From a virus, in IMG/VR virus record IMGVR_UViG_3300038829_000269, positions 64,522 to 128,521 of that record: a DNA stretch of 64,000 bases. One strand, 5' to 3'. Position numbers and translations under genes: made by a program. Numbering within the stretch: position 1 is the first letter of the stretch; every line of letters begins with the position of its first letter. Shown piece after piece: positions 19,383 to 28,973 of this stretch. The notes beneath the pieces were generated by a model that searched no databases, was not told where the DNA came from, and saw nothing but the letters and a program-made list of their open reading frames with translations.

Positions 19383-19425
19383 TTAAAAATGCAATACCCT
19401 GCGCCCTCTCGCGAGGTGGTATTTT
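19383..19425 (-). terminator. Possible intrinsic terminator
   Basis: AATACC/GGTATT (19393-19398/19418-19423) and inner CCTC/GAGG stems followed on minus strand by GCATTTTTAA. Confidence 0.3.
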
Positions 19426-19440
19426 CAGCCATCAGGTAGC

Positions 19441-19469
19441 TTGACTTATCTTGAATCATCTTGTAGTAT
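19441..19469 (+). promoter_or_regulatory. sigma70-type promoter, antisense to the terminase operon
   Basis: TTGACT-N17-TAGTAT in an AT-rich intergenic gap. Confidence 0.45.
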
Positions 19470-19471
19470 CG

Positions 19472-19651
19472 TCAGTCCTGCCCGAGCCCTCGGATCAGCA
19501 CGCTGCGCTCCATGGCCTGCTTCCAGTCGACCTTCCCGCTGATCCTCACGCTCGTCCCCGAAAGCTCGATCGCGCCGTCGCGCACGTCGACCGGTCCCAT
19601 GACCATGATCGCGTCCTCCGGCATCTTCTCGTCGACGATCAGGTTGAACAT
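19472..19651 (-). CDS. Hypothetical protein, 59 aa
   Basis: MFNLIVDEKMPEDAIMVMG..., AGGAG RBS just after terL stop. Confidence 0.5.
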   Translation of the reverse strand: MFNLIVDEKMPEDAIMVMGPVDVRDGAIELSGTSVRISGKVDWKQAMERSVLIRGLGQD

Positions 19652-19659
19652 GGTGTCTC

Positions 19660-21342
19660 CTAGCGGAACTGGTTCTTGATGATGAGGAACGGTAGCTTCC
19701 CGATGTTGGGACGCCGCTGACCGAAAATCGCGGGACCGAGCTTCGCCGCGCGCACCGCGAGCACGTCGGCGCAGCACACGTCGTCGTGGTCCGACTCCGG
19801 CGCCTGGATGCGCCGGTTGATCCCGAACCCGATGATCTCCTGCTCCAGAGCCGTCCACTGACGCACGCCCTTCTGGTAGTCCATCATCAGGTCCATGGGC
19901 GTGTTCGAGTCGACGCACGGGTAGCGCAGCCAGCCCATCTGCAACTGGCGCTTGAAGTCCATGAACATAGAGGTCTTCATGTTCATCGACGCGCCGACGA
20001 TCAGTTTGTCGCTCGCGCCGAAGTTCACGGTCTGGGCCGGGAACCCCTCGTTCGCCAGTTCCGGGATGATAGCCGCGCCGTTCCCGCCGAAGTCACCGAG
20101 GATCAGGCGCGGCGAGTGGAACGGGCCCTGCTTGGAGAAGAGGTTGGTCAACTCGCGCTTCTGGTCGGGCGACGGCATGTCGGACCAGGTGCAGCCGAAG
20201 ACCTTGATCAGGATCGGTCCGTAGCGCTTCCACACGGCGACCGCCGTCTCGTCCGCTCCCGTCCCGGTCGCGAAGTCGATGCCGACGTAGAACTCCTCGT
20301 CCATCGCCATCTGGCGCGTCTGGTGCGGCATCGAGCCGCTGGTGAGGATCGCCTTCTCGCGCGCGTCGAGGAACAGGCCGAACTGCTCCAGCCACCGAAG
20401 CTCGTATTGGGTCAGGAAGTCGTTCAACTCCTGCTGCCCCGGGTAATAGAAGTCCGACGTGTGCGGGAAGATTCCCGCGCGGATGTAGGTCTCCTTCTGC
20501 GCGAGCGGCATCATGTCGAGCACGAACTTGCTGATCCGGCGCCCGTTGTGCTCCAGGTAGCCCTCGCGCAGGAGGTTGTCGCAGATCAGCCAGTGGTGCC
20601 AGGTCTTGATCGCCTTCGCGTCGTTGTGCCAGGTGTTGAAAAAGTGGTTGCGGATCGGGCGCACGGTCCCGATCTTGCTGATCTTGGCGCCGGTCGCGCC
20701 ACCCATCGGCAGGATGCCCTGGGACACGACCACGTCGCTGATCTTCTGGCCCTCTTCCAGGATGATCCGGTTCAGGGTCTTACCGTCGTTCTCCGCCTGC
20801 TCGGACGCCGAGTAGGTCCTGATCTCGCAGCCGTTGTGCCACACGATCCTGTCGGTCGTCGTCTGCTCCCAGTTGATGAGCGCGCGGCCCTGCTTGGTGC
20901 AGCGCGCCCAGGCTTTCAACCGATCGGTGTCCAACTGGGCCTGCGCCGCCTTCGGCGCGAAGATGCCGATCCGGTATGGCTCGGCGTGGTGCTTGTTCCA
21001 CTCGGGGCCCTCAACCTCGCAGTTGATCGCGCAGGCGACGGCCACCGACGAGGTCTTTCCGACCTGGCGAGGCTCGACCGTGATCGTGGTGCGCGCCTGC
21101 GCGGTTAGCGCCCCGACTATGTCCACCTGGTTTGAGCACAGCACCTGGTTGAAGTAGTAGTTCGTGAACCGCTGCGGGTCGATAAACTCCTGGGCGACGA
21201 CCGACGGAGCGATCACATCGTGCTCGATGTGCGCCTCAGGCGGTTCAGGAAGCGGAGTCGAGGCCATGGCGCTGAACGCCATCGCCAGGTCGACGACTAC
21301 CGATCCACTTCCGGCGTCCAATGGCCGTGCTGGTGTTTCCAT
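19660..21342 (-). CDS. terL: Terminase large subunit
   Basis: Walker A EPRQVGKTS, Walker B IILEEG, RNase-H-like VGIDFATG and C-terminal HDDVCCADVLA. Confidence 0.92.
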   Translation of the reverse strand: METPARPLDAGSGSVVVDLAMAFSAMASTPLPEPPEAHIEHDVIAPSVVAQEFIDPQRFTNYYFNQVLCSNQVDIVGALTAQARTTITVEPRQVGKTSSVAVACAINCEVEGPEWNKHHAEPYRIGIFAPKAAQAQLDTDRLKAWARCTKQGRALINWEQTTTDRIVWHNGCEIRTYSASEQAENDGKTLNRIILEEGQKISDVVVSQGILPMGGATGAKISKIGTVRPIRNHFFNTWHNDAKAIKTWHHWLICDNLLREGYLEHNGRRISKFVLDMMPLAQKETYIRAGIFPHTSDFYYPGQQELNDFLTQYELRWLEQFGLFLDAREKAILTSGSMPHQTRQMAMDEEFYVGIDFATGTGADETAVAVWKRYGPILIKVFGCTWSDMPSPDQKRELTNLFSKQGPFHSPRLILGDFGGNGAAIIPELANEGFPAQTVNFGASDKLIVGASMNMKTSMFMDFKRQLQMGWLRYPCVDSNTPMDLMMDYQKGVRQWTALEQEIIGFGINRRIQAPESDHDDVCCADVLAVRAAKLGPAIFGQRRPNIGKLPFLIIKNQFR

Positions 21343-21348
21343 CTGAAC

Positions 21349-21858
21349 CTAGACGGGCCGGTAGACCGGCGAGTCTCCTTTGATGTGGGTTCCGGGACGC
21401 AATGTGTCCGGGTGCGCGAGGGTCGGAGCTTTCTTCGAGATCGGCGCTTGGGTTTTTTCATCGAAGTCTTTCTCAAACTTTTCACGCTGCGCGCTGGTGA
21501 CGAACACGCGCGGCCCCTGTTCGATTCTTTCCCTCACGACCTTGGGCTCGTAGCCCGGCGTGTAGGGGATATCCGTCGCGTTGATCAGCGACTCGTTCGG
21601 CAGGAGCCGGACGTTGAGGGGCTTGGCCTTCTCCATGGAGATCGACGACATGTCGAGCACGGGAGGCAGCGGTTGGTTGATGAGGTTGGCGTCGATGTAT
21701 TCTTGCGGCAAACCGGGCGGAACGTCGAGCGACTGCTTCTTCTCCTCGGCGTCGGGCGCGGCCGTGGCCTGCGGCGCCGGGGCGGGCGCGGTGAACGCCG
21801 GGGCCTCGGGAGCCGTGCTGGCCATAGGCTTGCTGTAAAGGTCGCTCAAGTCCTTCAT
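21349..21858 (-). CDS. Pro/Ala-rich hypothetical protein
   Basis: 169 aa ORF, AGGAG RBS, ATGA coupling. Confidence 0.6.
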   Translation of the reverse strand: MKDLSDLYSKPMASTAPEAPAFTAPAPAPQATAAPDAEEKKQSLDVPPGLPQEYIDANLINQPLPPVLDMSSISMEKAKPLNVRLLPNESLINATDIPYTPGYEPKVVRERIEQGPRVFVTSAQREKFEKDFDEKTQAPISKKAPTLAHPDTLRPGTHIKGDSPVYRPV

Positions 21859-23237
21859 CTTCGGCTCCTGGACACGCGCTGGTCCATGTCCGTCTGCGTG
21901 ATCTCGCCCTGGGCGAAGAGTTCGAGCAGGGTCTCAGACAGGTCGGCTGAGGCCAGTCGCTCCATCTCCTGATCCATGTCCGCCTGCGTGATCTCCCCGC
22001 GCTCAAAGCGATCGTGAAGCACCGCCTCCTTCTTCTTGCGGCGCTCGACGCGATCAGGGAACTCCGCGTCCAACTCCTTCTCGAACTCGGCGTAGTCCTT
22101 GGCCGTGGGCGTCACGTTGCACCGGCCGCCGATGATCTCCTCGGAGCCGCACACCAGGCAGCGCGGATGGCCATTCGGGTGCGTCCACTTCGCGGGCTTG
22201 AAATCGTGAGGCTTCTTCGCCTCGGGCTTCTTCTTATTCTCCCGGATCAGTTCCGTCTCCTTCTCATAGGCCGGGCTGTGCTTCTTCTTAGCGAGGTGCG
22301 CCAACCATTCCCCGCTCGGCGTCGCGCCGTAGATGAACCCGGAGTCGGGCATCGCGTGGGCCACGACCATGTCGCCCTGGCCGCCACCGAGCACCGCCTG
22401 CTCCACGGCCTGGTTCAGCGCCGCGATCTCCGCGTCCGTCAAATTTGGCTGCCCGGCCATCTGGCGCTGCATGTTCACGACCATCTGCCAGTTGCCGAGC
22501 GCGTGTTCCATCGCCTTCTGATGGTTGAGGCCCATGGACCGGTCGCGCTTGTAGCTGGCGATCGCCTTGGGCAGGATCGCGGCCATCCAATCGGCTCCGC
22601 GCCTCGTCATCCACACCGCGCGCAGGCCGCCAAACAGGCGCATGGACTTGTCCTTGAACTGCTGCTCGTTGATCTCGCCCCGGTTCCTCATCTCGATCAG
22701 GCGATCGAACTCCGCGTCCTGGTCCACGCTCGGCACCGCGTCCACGTTCGTCTTCAGCTTCTTTGCGTGCTCAGGCCCGTGCTGGAAGTAGGCGTCGAGG
22801 AACGTGCGCGCCTCTTGCGGCGTGTCGAACTCCAGGGTCTCGTCCCCGAGGATAACCGGCCACTTGCCGCTCTTCATCGACTCCGGCGTGCCGATAAACG
22901 CCTCGGGGTTGATGTCCTCGCGGTCGAGCGGCGGCTCCACCTGGCGCATGGCCGAGACCGACTTGCGAAACTGGCTCTCGGTCACGAACAGCGACTGCCC
23001 GCTGCGGTCGATCACGAAGTAGACGAACAGGTCGTCCTTGTCCGTGACGAACAGCTTGGTCTCGGCCGGGATCGTGACCCACTCCTGCTGCGGCTTGGTC
23101 AGGTCCATGGATTTCTTGTCCCCGACCGTCGCGTCGAACTGCTGGTTCACCCAGTAGTAGCGAATGGCGCGCACGTCCTCGATGTTACGCATCGCTGACG
23201 TGCGCTGCTGCCACCGGCTGAGGAGTGGATTGCTCAC
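21855..23237 (-). CDS. Modular putative virion protein with SHOCT-like repeats, 460 aa
   Basis: GTG start with GAGGAG RBS; leader MSNPLLSRWQQRTSA; internal LRAVWMTRRGA; three R/QGEI[NT]-type helical repeats; HPRCLVCG...RC Zn module. Confidence 0.65.
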   Translation of the reverse strand: MSNPLLSRWQQRTSAMRNIEDVRAIRYYWVNQQFDATVGDKKSMDLTKPQQEWVTIPAETKLFVTDKDDLFVYFVIDRSGQSLFVTESQFRKSVSAMRQVEPPLDREDINPEAFIGTPESMKSGKWPVILGDETLEFDTPQEARTFLDAYFQHGPEHAKKLKTNVDAVPSVDQDAEFDRLIEMRNRGEINEQQFKDKSMRLFGGLRAVWMTRRGADWMAAILPKAIASYKRDRSMGLNHQKAMEHALGNWQMVVNMQRQMAGQPNLTDAEIAALNQAVEQAVLGGGQGDMVVAHAMPDSGFIYGATPSGEWLAHLAKKKHSPAYEKETELIRENKKKPEAKKPHDFKPAKWTHPNGHPRCLVCGSEEIIGGRCNVTPTAKDYAEFEKELDAEFPDRVERRKKKEAVLHDRFERGEITQADMDQEMERLASADLSETLLELFAQGEITQTDMDQRVSRSRR

Positions 23238-23404
23238 GGCGTGGTCGGCTCCTCGGCGTTCATCTCGTTGATCGTCGCCTTGATCGCGTTGAGCAGGACG
23301 AGCGCAGACGGCAGGTCGGTCGCGTCCGGCGCCGTGATCTGAGGTTGCTTCTTGGACCTCTCGGCCAGAAGCTGATCTCCGGTCTTTCTGATTCGCGGTG
23401 CCAT
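23234..23404 (-). CDS. 56-aa head-fibre/decoration-like peptide
   Basis: Manual translation MAPRIRK...DATDLPSALVLLNAIKATINEMNA; resembles C-terminus of 38090..38647 (AAVALINEMKAKLDAMNA). Confidence 0.5.
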   Translation of the reverse strand: MAPRIRKTGDQLLAERSKKQPQITAPDATDLPSALVLLNAIKATINEMNAEEPTTP

Positions 23405-23413
23405 GATGATCTC

Positions 23414-26400
23414 CTATCCGAGGTTCGTGTTCAGCCGGTGCAAGTTGTTGTTCATGCGGACGAACAGCGCGTCTCCTACCTTTACCATTGGGTGGTGGTT
23501 TCCGCTCTGATCGCCGTCCAGCGCCGGGACCCAGGCCACGGAGTGGTCTCCGACGAACTTCTGGATGCCCATCCTGGTTCCGAAGTTGCTTCCCTGCGGG
23601 CAGGTGATCCACAGGGCCGACCCGTCGTAGAACAACCCCTGGACCCTGGCGAACTGGTTTCCGCCTGATCCGTCTCCCACGTTAAGAGGCCGGACGCGCG
23701 CGTTGGTCGCCGGGTCGATCTTGTGCACGGTCGGGAAGTTGTTGTCCCCGAAGTAAACGAACCCACCGCCGATCGCCACGGTAATCGCCCCGTTATTTCC
23801 GCCGAACGCGCCGGTGATGTGCGCGATCACGTCCATAGACGCGATGCCGATCCTGAATGGGGCGTCGGTTCCGCTTTCGTCGCACACCCACAGATCGGTC
23901 GCGTCCGCAGCCATACGTTGCGGCCCGCCATCGAAGATCACGGTCCCGATGTAAAAGAATCCGTCGCCAACGCCGCTGGGCAGGCCGTTGGCGATGAGCC
24001 GAAGGTATCCATCGGACGGAGACGTGAACCCGACAGCAGGTCCATTCGGACCGCTCGCCCATCCCATGCTTTCGCTGATTCCGGCGAGCGCCGACTTACC
24101 GCTGACGACCGACTGGATCATGGTCGCGGCGATGTCTCCGCCCCCGGCGAAGAACGTCTGGGCCACTGGCGCGGTCTGCTGGTTCAATTCGTTGCCGCTG
24201 ACGATCGTGGTGAAAGCCCCGTCTCCGGTCGTGTTGATGATCGCCTGGCGGACGTTCTCGGCGGTCGTCACGCCGCTGTCGATCTGAACGACGAGCCTCG
24301 TCCCGTCATAGAACGTGACATTCGCGGCTCCGAGCGTGGCTCCATCCGTATACTCCACGTTGAACAGGTTACCGGCCACGCCAGGCGTGTTGGACGTGAA
24401 CGTCAGGTCCTGGATCGTGAGCGCGGCAGTCGCCTGCTCCAGACCCATGTTCAGACGCATGACCTTCCCGTTTGACGCAGTGATGTAGAGGATCGACCCG
24501 GCCACCGCGATGTCGAGTGGCGATCCCTCGGCCGCAGTGCTGACCGATACTGCCGTTGACCCGTTCGCGGGGTTCACCTTCCGCACGAAGTCGACGCCAG
24601 TATTAGTGGTCCAGAACCAGTTTCCTCCGATCGTGATCCTGTCCGCAGGGTTGCCGAGGTCCATGGTCTCGATCACATGCTTGTAGAATCCTCCGTCGTA
24701 GAACAGGAGTGCGATCGCGTCCGTGGTCCCCGCAGCGCTGATGTAGAAACTCGCGTTGTTGGTGTAGATGCCGGACAGGTCTCCGGCCGCCCCCGTGTCC
24801 AGCGTCCTGGTGATGCCCCCTGCCGGAGAGTAGGCGTCAAGGAGAAGGATGTGGCCGGTGTCCATGGTCACGAACAGAACGCTGCTCGGTAACTCGTTGG
24901 CCATCCGACGAGGAAGACCTCCGTCCGCCGCCACACTCGGGCCGCCGAATATTTGGCCGCTCGTGTCGAACCGCCTGATCCTGGTGCTCGTCAGGTCGAG
25001 AGACCACAGAGACCCGCCACCGTCGAACGCGATGTCGTCCGGCGTGTTAGGCACCACGAACTGAGCCATGGTCTGCAATCCGTTGTTCGGATCGACTCGG
25101 TAGACCAGCTTGTTCGTCGGGTCGCTCAGGTAAAAGTTCGACCCGTCGTCGCGCGTGATTCCAGTGAGCGCCGAGGCCGTATAGGAGTTTGTCGTGACCG
25201 TGACCAGCGCGGCGGCGGCCGGGAAGGCGTTCACCGCATCCGCCACCTGTTGGTATTTGGAAACGCCGCTCTCGATCTGGATCGAGATCGCGTCTCCGAC
25301 CACGGACACGATCTCGGACCCGGCTGTTCCGCCCGCCGTGTATTCGATCGTGATCGCGTTCCCGACCGTGCCGGGCGTGACCGCCGTGTAGTCGATGTAG
25401 AACCCGGCGCCCTCGACGTGATAGATCGCGGCGACCGCGTCGATCCCTCCAGCCAGTGGAATGTATCCGGCGACCGACTGCAAGGTTCCGCCCGCTCCGG
25501 TCGACGCCGTGACCAGCGCGGCGGCGGCCGGGAGCCCGTTGACAGCGTCCACCACGTTCTGGGCCGTGGACACACCGGCCTCGATCTGCGTATTGATGTT
25601 GGTCGCGGGACCGGCGCCGAGGGCCGCGACCCTCGCCAGGTCGTCGGTCGCGTCGGCCTGAGCCCACATGAACTCGCCGTCGAACGCGATCTTTGCGAAC
25701 TGTGGACCGGGACCGGCGTAGCTCGTGATCGTGCCGCTCGGGTCGATGCGCGAGAATCCGCCGCTGCCGCGATCGGCCGTCCACATGTCGGTGCCGTCGA
25801 ACGCGATGCCTGTTGCGGGACCAGAGAGGCCAGGATAATTGGTCTCCACTCCGCTCGGGTCGATCTTGCTCACGCTAGAATCGTCGTTCGCCGTCCACAT
25901 ATTGACGCCGTCGAACGCGATGTCCCACGGGTTCCCGGTAACGGGATAGTCGGTCATGACCCCGGCTGGGGTGACCTTAGTCACCATGTTGGCCTGGTTG
26001 CGAGCGATCCACATGTTCGTTCCGTCGAACGCGATGGCCGTAGTCTGAGACAGAGCGAACTCCGTGATCAGGCCGTCGGTCGTCACCTTGTAGATGAACC
26101 CGCTGTTCGCGTTCGTCACCCACATGTTCCCGCCCGGGACGCCGGACGCAAGGTCGGTGGCGTCCGCCAACCCGTCGTAGGCGATCGCGCGCGGGCTCGT
26201 GTTCCCGTTGAGGCTCACGTTCATTCGGAGATCAGTCGTCGGGTCAAGTCGCGTGAGGCCAGACTCGGTGACCACCCAGAGATTGGCTCCGTCCCAGGCC
26301 GTGGCGACCGGAACGTCGTAGAAGTTCGAGTAGAGGCGCTTCGTGAATCCGTCTGGAGAGATGCGGGTCAGTTCGTTGTCCGGGTATCCGGCGACCCACA

Positions 26401-28960
26401 TATCGGTTCCGTCGAACGTGATGTCCAGGCCACGGTTCGATGGCATGGACACGATGGTGCCAGGCGCCTGCGGCACGACGGTCACGACCTCGGACCCGGC
26501 GGTCGCTCCACCGGTGTAGGACGCGGTGATGAAGTTCCCGGCGTTCCCGTCCGTGTTCGCCGTGTAGGTCACAGCCTGCGTCGTGAGCGTGGCGGCCACC
26601 GCGTCAACCCCGCTCCCCAGGTTCTGCGGGGCAGCGTCGTTGAGGAGTTGGCCGGTGCGGTTGCTCGACACGATCGTGTCGCTGGGAGTGTCGATCGCGA
26701 TGAAGAACCCCGTGCTGGTCGCGACCCACAGGTTGTTACCGATCACGACCCCGCGACGGGGGAGGCCGAACCCGGTGATGTCGATCGTCGTGAGCAGAGC
26801 CCCGGTGAATCTGTCCAGCTTCCTGATCAAGCTGCTCGTCCTGTCGATCGCGTAGATCGCGTTCACGTTAAAATCGACAGCCACGTCGTCCGGGTTATTC
26901 CCGGCCGGAACGATCTCGACGAAATACTCGTCGTTGTAGTCGAACGTCCTGACCTTGTCGTCAGGCGCGGTCTCGACCATGTGTAGATACTGGGCTGGCC
27001 CCCGCGTGATCCCACCCAGCGCACTGGCCCCGGACGGGAAGGTGTCGAGCAGCGTGTCGCCAGTGTCTATCTTCAGCAGGTCGCCGTTGTTCATCGTGAC
27101 CCAGAGATTTCCGTTCGCAAAGATTCCGGCGACCGGGAGGCCGGACGCGCTCACGTCTATCGTCCCTAACTGGTGGTCGGTCCCACCGCTGAAGCTCATC
27201 GGCGCGTTGTAGGGCGCCTGATTGTAGTTATGGATGGCGCTCGGCGATCCGGCGAACGCCCGGATCAGAGTCGAGGCCACCGGGTCAGCGTTCACCGCGT
27301 TCGCTATCTGGAACTCGCGCGCGAGTCCGGTTTGGTTGAAGACCGTGATCACGATGTCGTTCCCGGTCACGTCCACATCGGGCAGACCATCGCCCTTGAA
27401 CTCGAACTTGATCGTGAGGTTGTTGCCAGCCGTTCCATCTTGTAGCGCTGTGAACGCGAGGTTGAACACGCCGAGCGTCGCGTAGATCGGGTCTCGGTTC
27501 ACACGCCTGATTGTTGCGCTCGACTGGTCAATAATCCAGAGGTTGCTACCCCCGTCGGTCACGATCGAGTTGGGCTCCGATGTCTCTGGCTGGTCGAACA
27601 GGTTGTGGAATGTCTCGGCCACCGGATCGAACCGGTAGACCACGGGGTCTCCGCTCTGCCCGCTGCTCGCGAAGATGTAGGTCGCGTTCGATGTCAGGTA
27701 TCTCATTTGCTTGCCGGACACATAGGTAGAGACCACCGAGCCGGTCGCTGGATCGACCTTGTAGAGCGTGATAGAGTCGCACACGATCCACAGGTGCGAG
27801 AACGCGAAGATCATCTCGACTGGGCCTTCCGGGATCGTATAGGTGTTAAGCACCTGGCCAGAGAGGCTGACCCTTCTGATGAAATTTCCGCCCTGCCCCA
27901 TCATCCATAGGTCGGTCCCGTCATAGACCATGGAGTCCGATGTCTCGGGGCTGTAGTTCGGAGCCCCGTCGTCGAAATTCCAGGTGTTGGTCACGACGAA
28001 CGCGCCGGACCCGGTGTATGGGTTCGATCCGCCACCGCTCGGCGTCTGCCAGTTGGCGGCCGTCGCGCTGGTCGCGGTCAGGACCTGGCCGGTGGTCGGG
28101 GGCGCGGCGCTGGACACTACCACGTCGGCTCCCGTAGTGGCTAATGCTGAGGCGGGTCCTCCGGTCGGAGTCTGCCACGATCCAAGTCCGTTCGCGTCCG
28201 AGGTGAACACCTTGGTCGCGCCCTGCGTCCCGTCCACGATCTTCACCTGGCCTGTGAACGTGGAGAGGCCAGCGGAGTCGATGACGAGCGCGAGGACGCC
28301 GGTCGACATGCGGATCGACCCGTTTGGGAATCCGGCGTTGAGGTGGATTCTCCCCGTGTCATTGCTCCCCGGGAAGGTGAGCGTGATGTCGACGCCGGGC
28401 TCAGCCGCCCCCGTGAGGACCAGGGCGTTGCCCACGACGATCCTTGATCCGGCCTGGCTGAACTGGTTCGTCCCGGCGAGCAGCCGGATCGCTCCAGGCG
28501 CTCCGCCTGACGAAGCTCCGGGGTTTCCTCCGGTGAGCGTGATGTCACCGCCGCTGTTAAACGAATCGGCTCCGTTCCCAGCCGCGAGGTTGATCGAACC
28601 GCCGGGCCCGGAGACGCTGTTGTGCGCGGCCGAGATCGAGACGGCGCCGGGCGATCCCGAGGCGGTAATGGCAACAGTGAGCCCGTCAGTCGGCGAGAAT
28701 GTGAAGGCCGTGCTGCCCGTGATGTCCGTGCCGTTCGACCAGTAGGCGACCTGGCCAGCCACGCCCGACCCTCCGACACCGCCGCTCCCCGCCGACGGCG
28801 CCCATTGGGCGCCGTCGAACACCAGAGCCTGCCCCGGGGTCGGGGCCGTGGCCGAGATCGGAGTTCCCTTGATCTTGTCCACGGACACGGCATTACCCTG
28901 GCCGGAGATGTCTCCGCCGAGGTCTTTAATCTGCCTGCCGGTCAGTTGGGTCGCGCTCAT
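23414..28960 (-). CDS. Giant fibre/receptor-binding protein with multiple beta-propellers, 1848 aa
   Basis: N-terminal VDKIKGTPISATAPTPGQALVFDGAQWAP fibre motif; many Vgb-like blades (AFDGTNMW); four T-x-G-x-x-GN sheath-like modules. Confidence 0.75.
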   Translation of the reverse strand: MSATQLTGRQIKDLGGDISGQGNAVSVDKIKGTPISATAPTPGQALVFDGAQWAPSAGSGGVGGSGVAGQVAYWSNGTDITGSTAFTFSPTDGLTVAITASGSPGAVSISAAHNSVSGPGGSINLAAGNGADSFNSGGDITLTGGNPGASSGGAPGAIRLLAGTNQFSQAGSRIVVGNALVLTGAAEPGVDITLTFPGSNDTGRIHLNAGFPNGSIRMSTGVLALVIDSAGLSTFTGQVKIVDGTQGATKVFTSDANGLGSWQTPTGGPASALATTGADVVVSSAAPPTTGQVLTATSATAANWQTPSGGGSNPYTGSGAFVVTNTWNFDDGAPNYSPETSDSMVYDGTDLWMMGQGGNFIRRVSLSGQVLNTYTIPEGPVEMIFAFSHLWIVCDSITLYKVDPATGSVVSTYVSGKQMRYLTSNATYIFASSGQSGDPVVYRFDPVAETFHNLFDQPETSEPNSIVTDGGSNLWIIDQSSATIRRVNRDPIYATLGVFNLAFTALQDGTAGNNLTIKFEFKGDGLPDVDVTGNDIVITVFNQTGLAREFQIANAVNADPVASTLIRAFAGSPSAIHNYNQAPYNAPMSFSGGTDHQLGTIDVSASGLPVAGIFANGNLWVTMNNGDLLKIDTGDTLLDTFPSGASALGGITRGPAQYLHMVETAPDDKVRTFDYNDEYFVEIVPAGNNPDDVAVDFNVNAIYAIDRTSSLIRKLDRFTGALLTTIDITGFGLPRRGVVIGNNLWVATSTGFFIAIDTPSDTIVSSNRTGQLLNDAAPQNLGSGVDAVAATLTTQAVTYTANTDGNAGNFITASYTGGATAGSEVVTVVPQAPGTIVSMPSNRGLDITFDGTDMWVAGYPDNELTRISPDGFTKRLYSNFYDVPVATAWDGANLWVVTESGLTRLDPTTDLRMNVSLNGNTSPRAIAYDGLADATDLASGVPGGNMWVTNANSGFIYKVTTDGLITEFALSQTTAIAFDGTNMWIARNQANMVTKVTPAGVMTDYPVTGNPWDIAFDGVNMWTANDDSSVSKIDPSGVETNYPGLSGPATGIAFDGTDMWTADRGSGGFSRIDPSGTITSYAGPGPQFAKIAFDGEFMWAQADATDDLARVAALGAGPATNINTQIEAGVSTAQNVVDAVNGLPAAAALVTASTGAGGTLQSVAGYIPLAGGIDAVAAIYHVEGAGFYIDYTAVTPGTVGNAITIEYTAGGTAGSEIVSVVGDAISIQIESGVSKYQQVADAVNAFPAAAALVTVTTNSYTASALTGITRDDGSNFYLSDPTNKLVYRVDPNNGLQTMAQFVVPNTPDDIAFDGGGSLWSLDLTSTRIRRFDTSGQIFGGPSVAADGGLPRRMANELPSSVLFVTMDTGHILLLDAYSPAGGITRTLDTGAAGDLSGIYTNNASFYISAAGTTDAIALLFYDGGFYKHVIETMDLGNPADRITIGGNWFWTTNTGVDFVRKVNPANGSTAVSVSTAAEGSPLDIAVAGSILYITASNGKVMRLNMGLEQATAALTIQDLTFTSNTPGVAGNLFNVEYTDGATLGAANVTFYDGTRLVVQIDSGVTTAENVRQAIINTTGDGAFTTIVSGNELNQQTAPVAQTFFAGGGDIAATMIQSVVSGKSALAGISESMGWASGPNGPAVGFTSPSDGYLRLIANGLPSGVGDGFFYIGTVIFDGGPQRMAADATDLWVCDESGTDAPFRIGIASMDVIAHITGAFGGNNGAITVAIGGGFVYFGDNNFPTVHKIDPATNARVRPLNVGDGSGGNQFARVQGLFYDGSALWITCPQGSNFGTRMGIQKFVGDHSVAWVPALDGDQSGNHHPMVKVGDALFVRMNNNLHRLNTNLG

Positions 28961-28973
28961 GTTCTATGTCCTC

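Noticed and set aside
25610-26470. Virginiamycin B lyase (antibiotic resistance) call for the propeller
   Set aside because: Only the blade repeat is shared; it is an internal domain of a phage fibre
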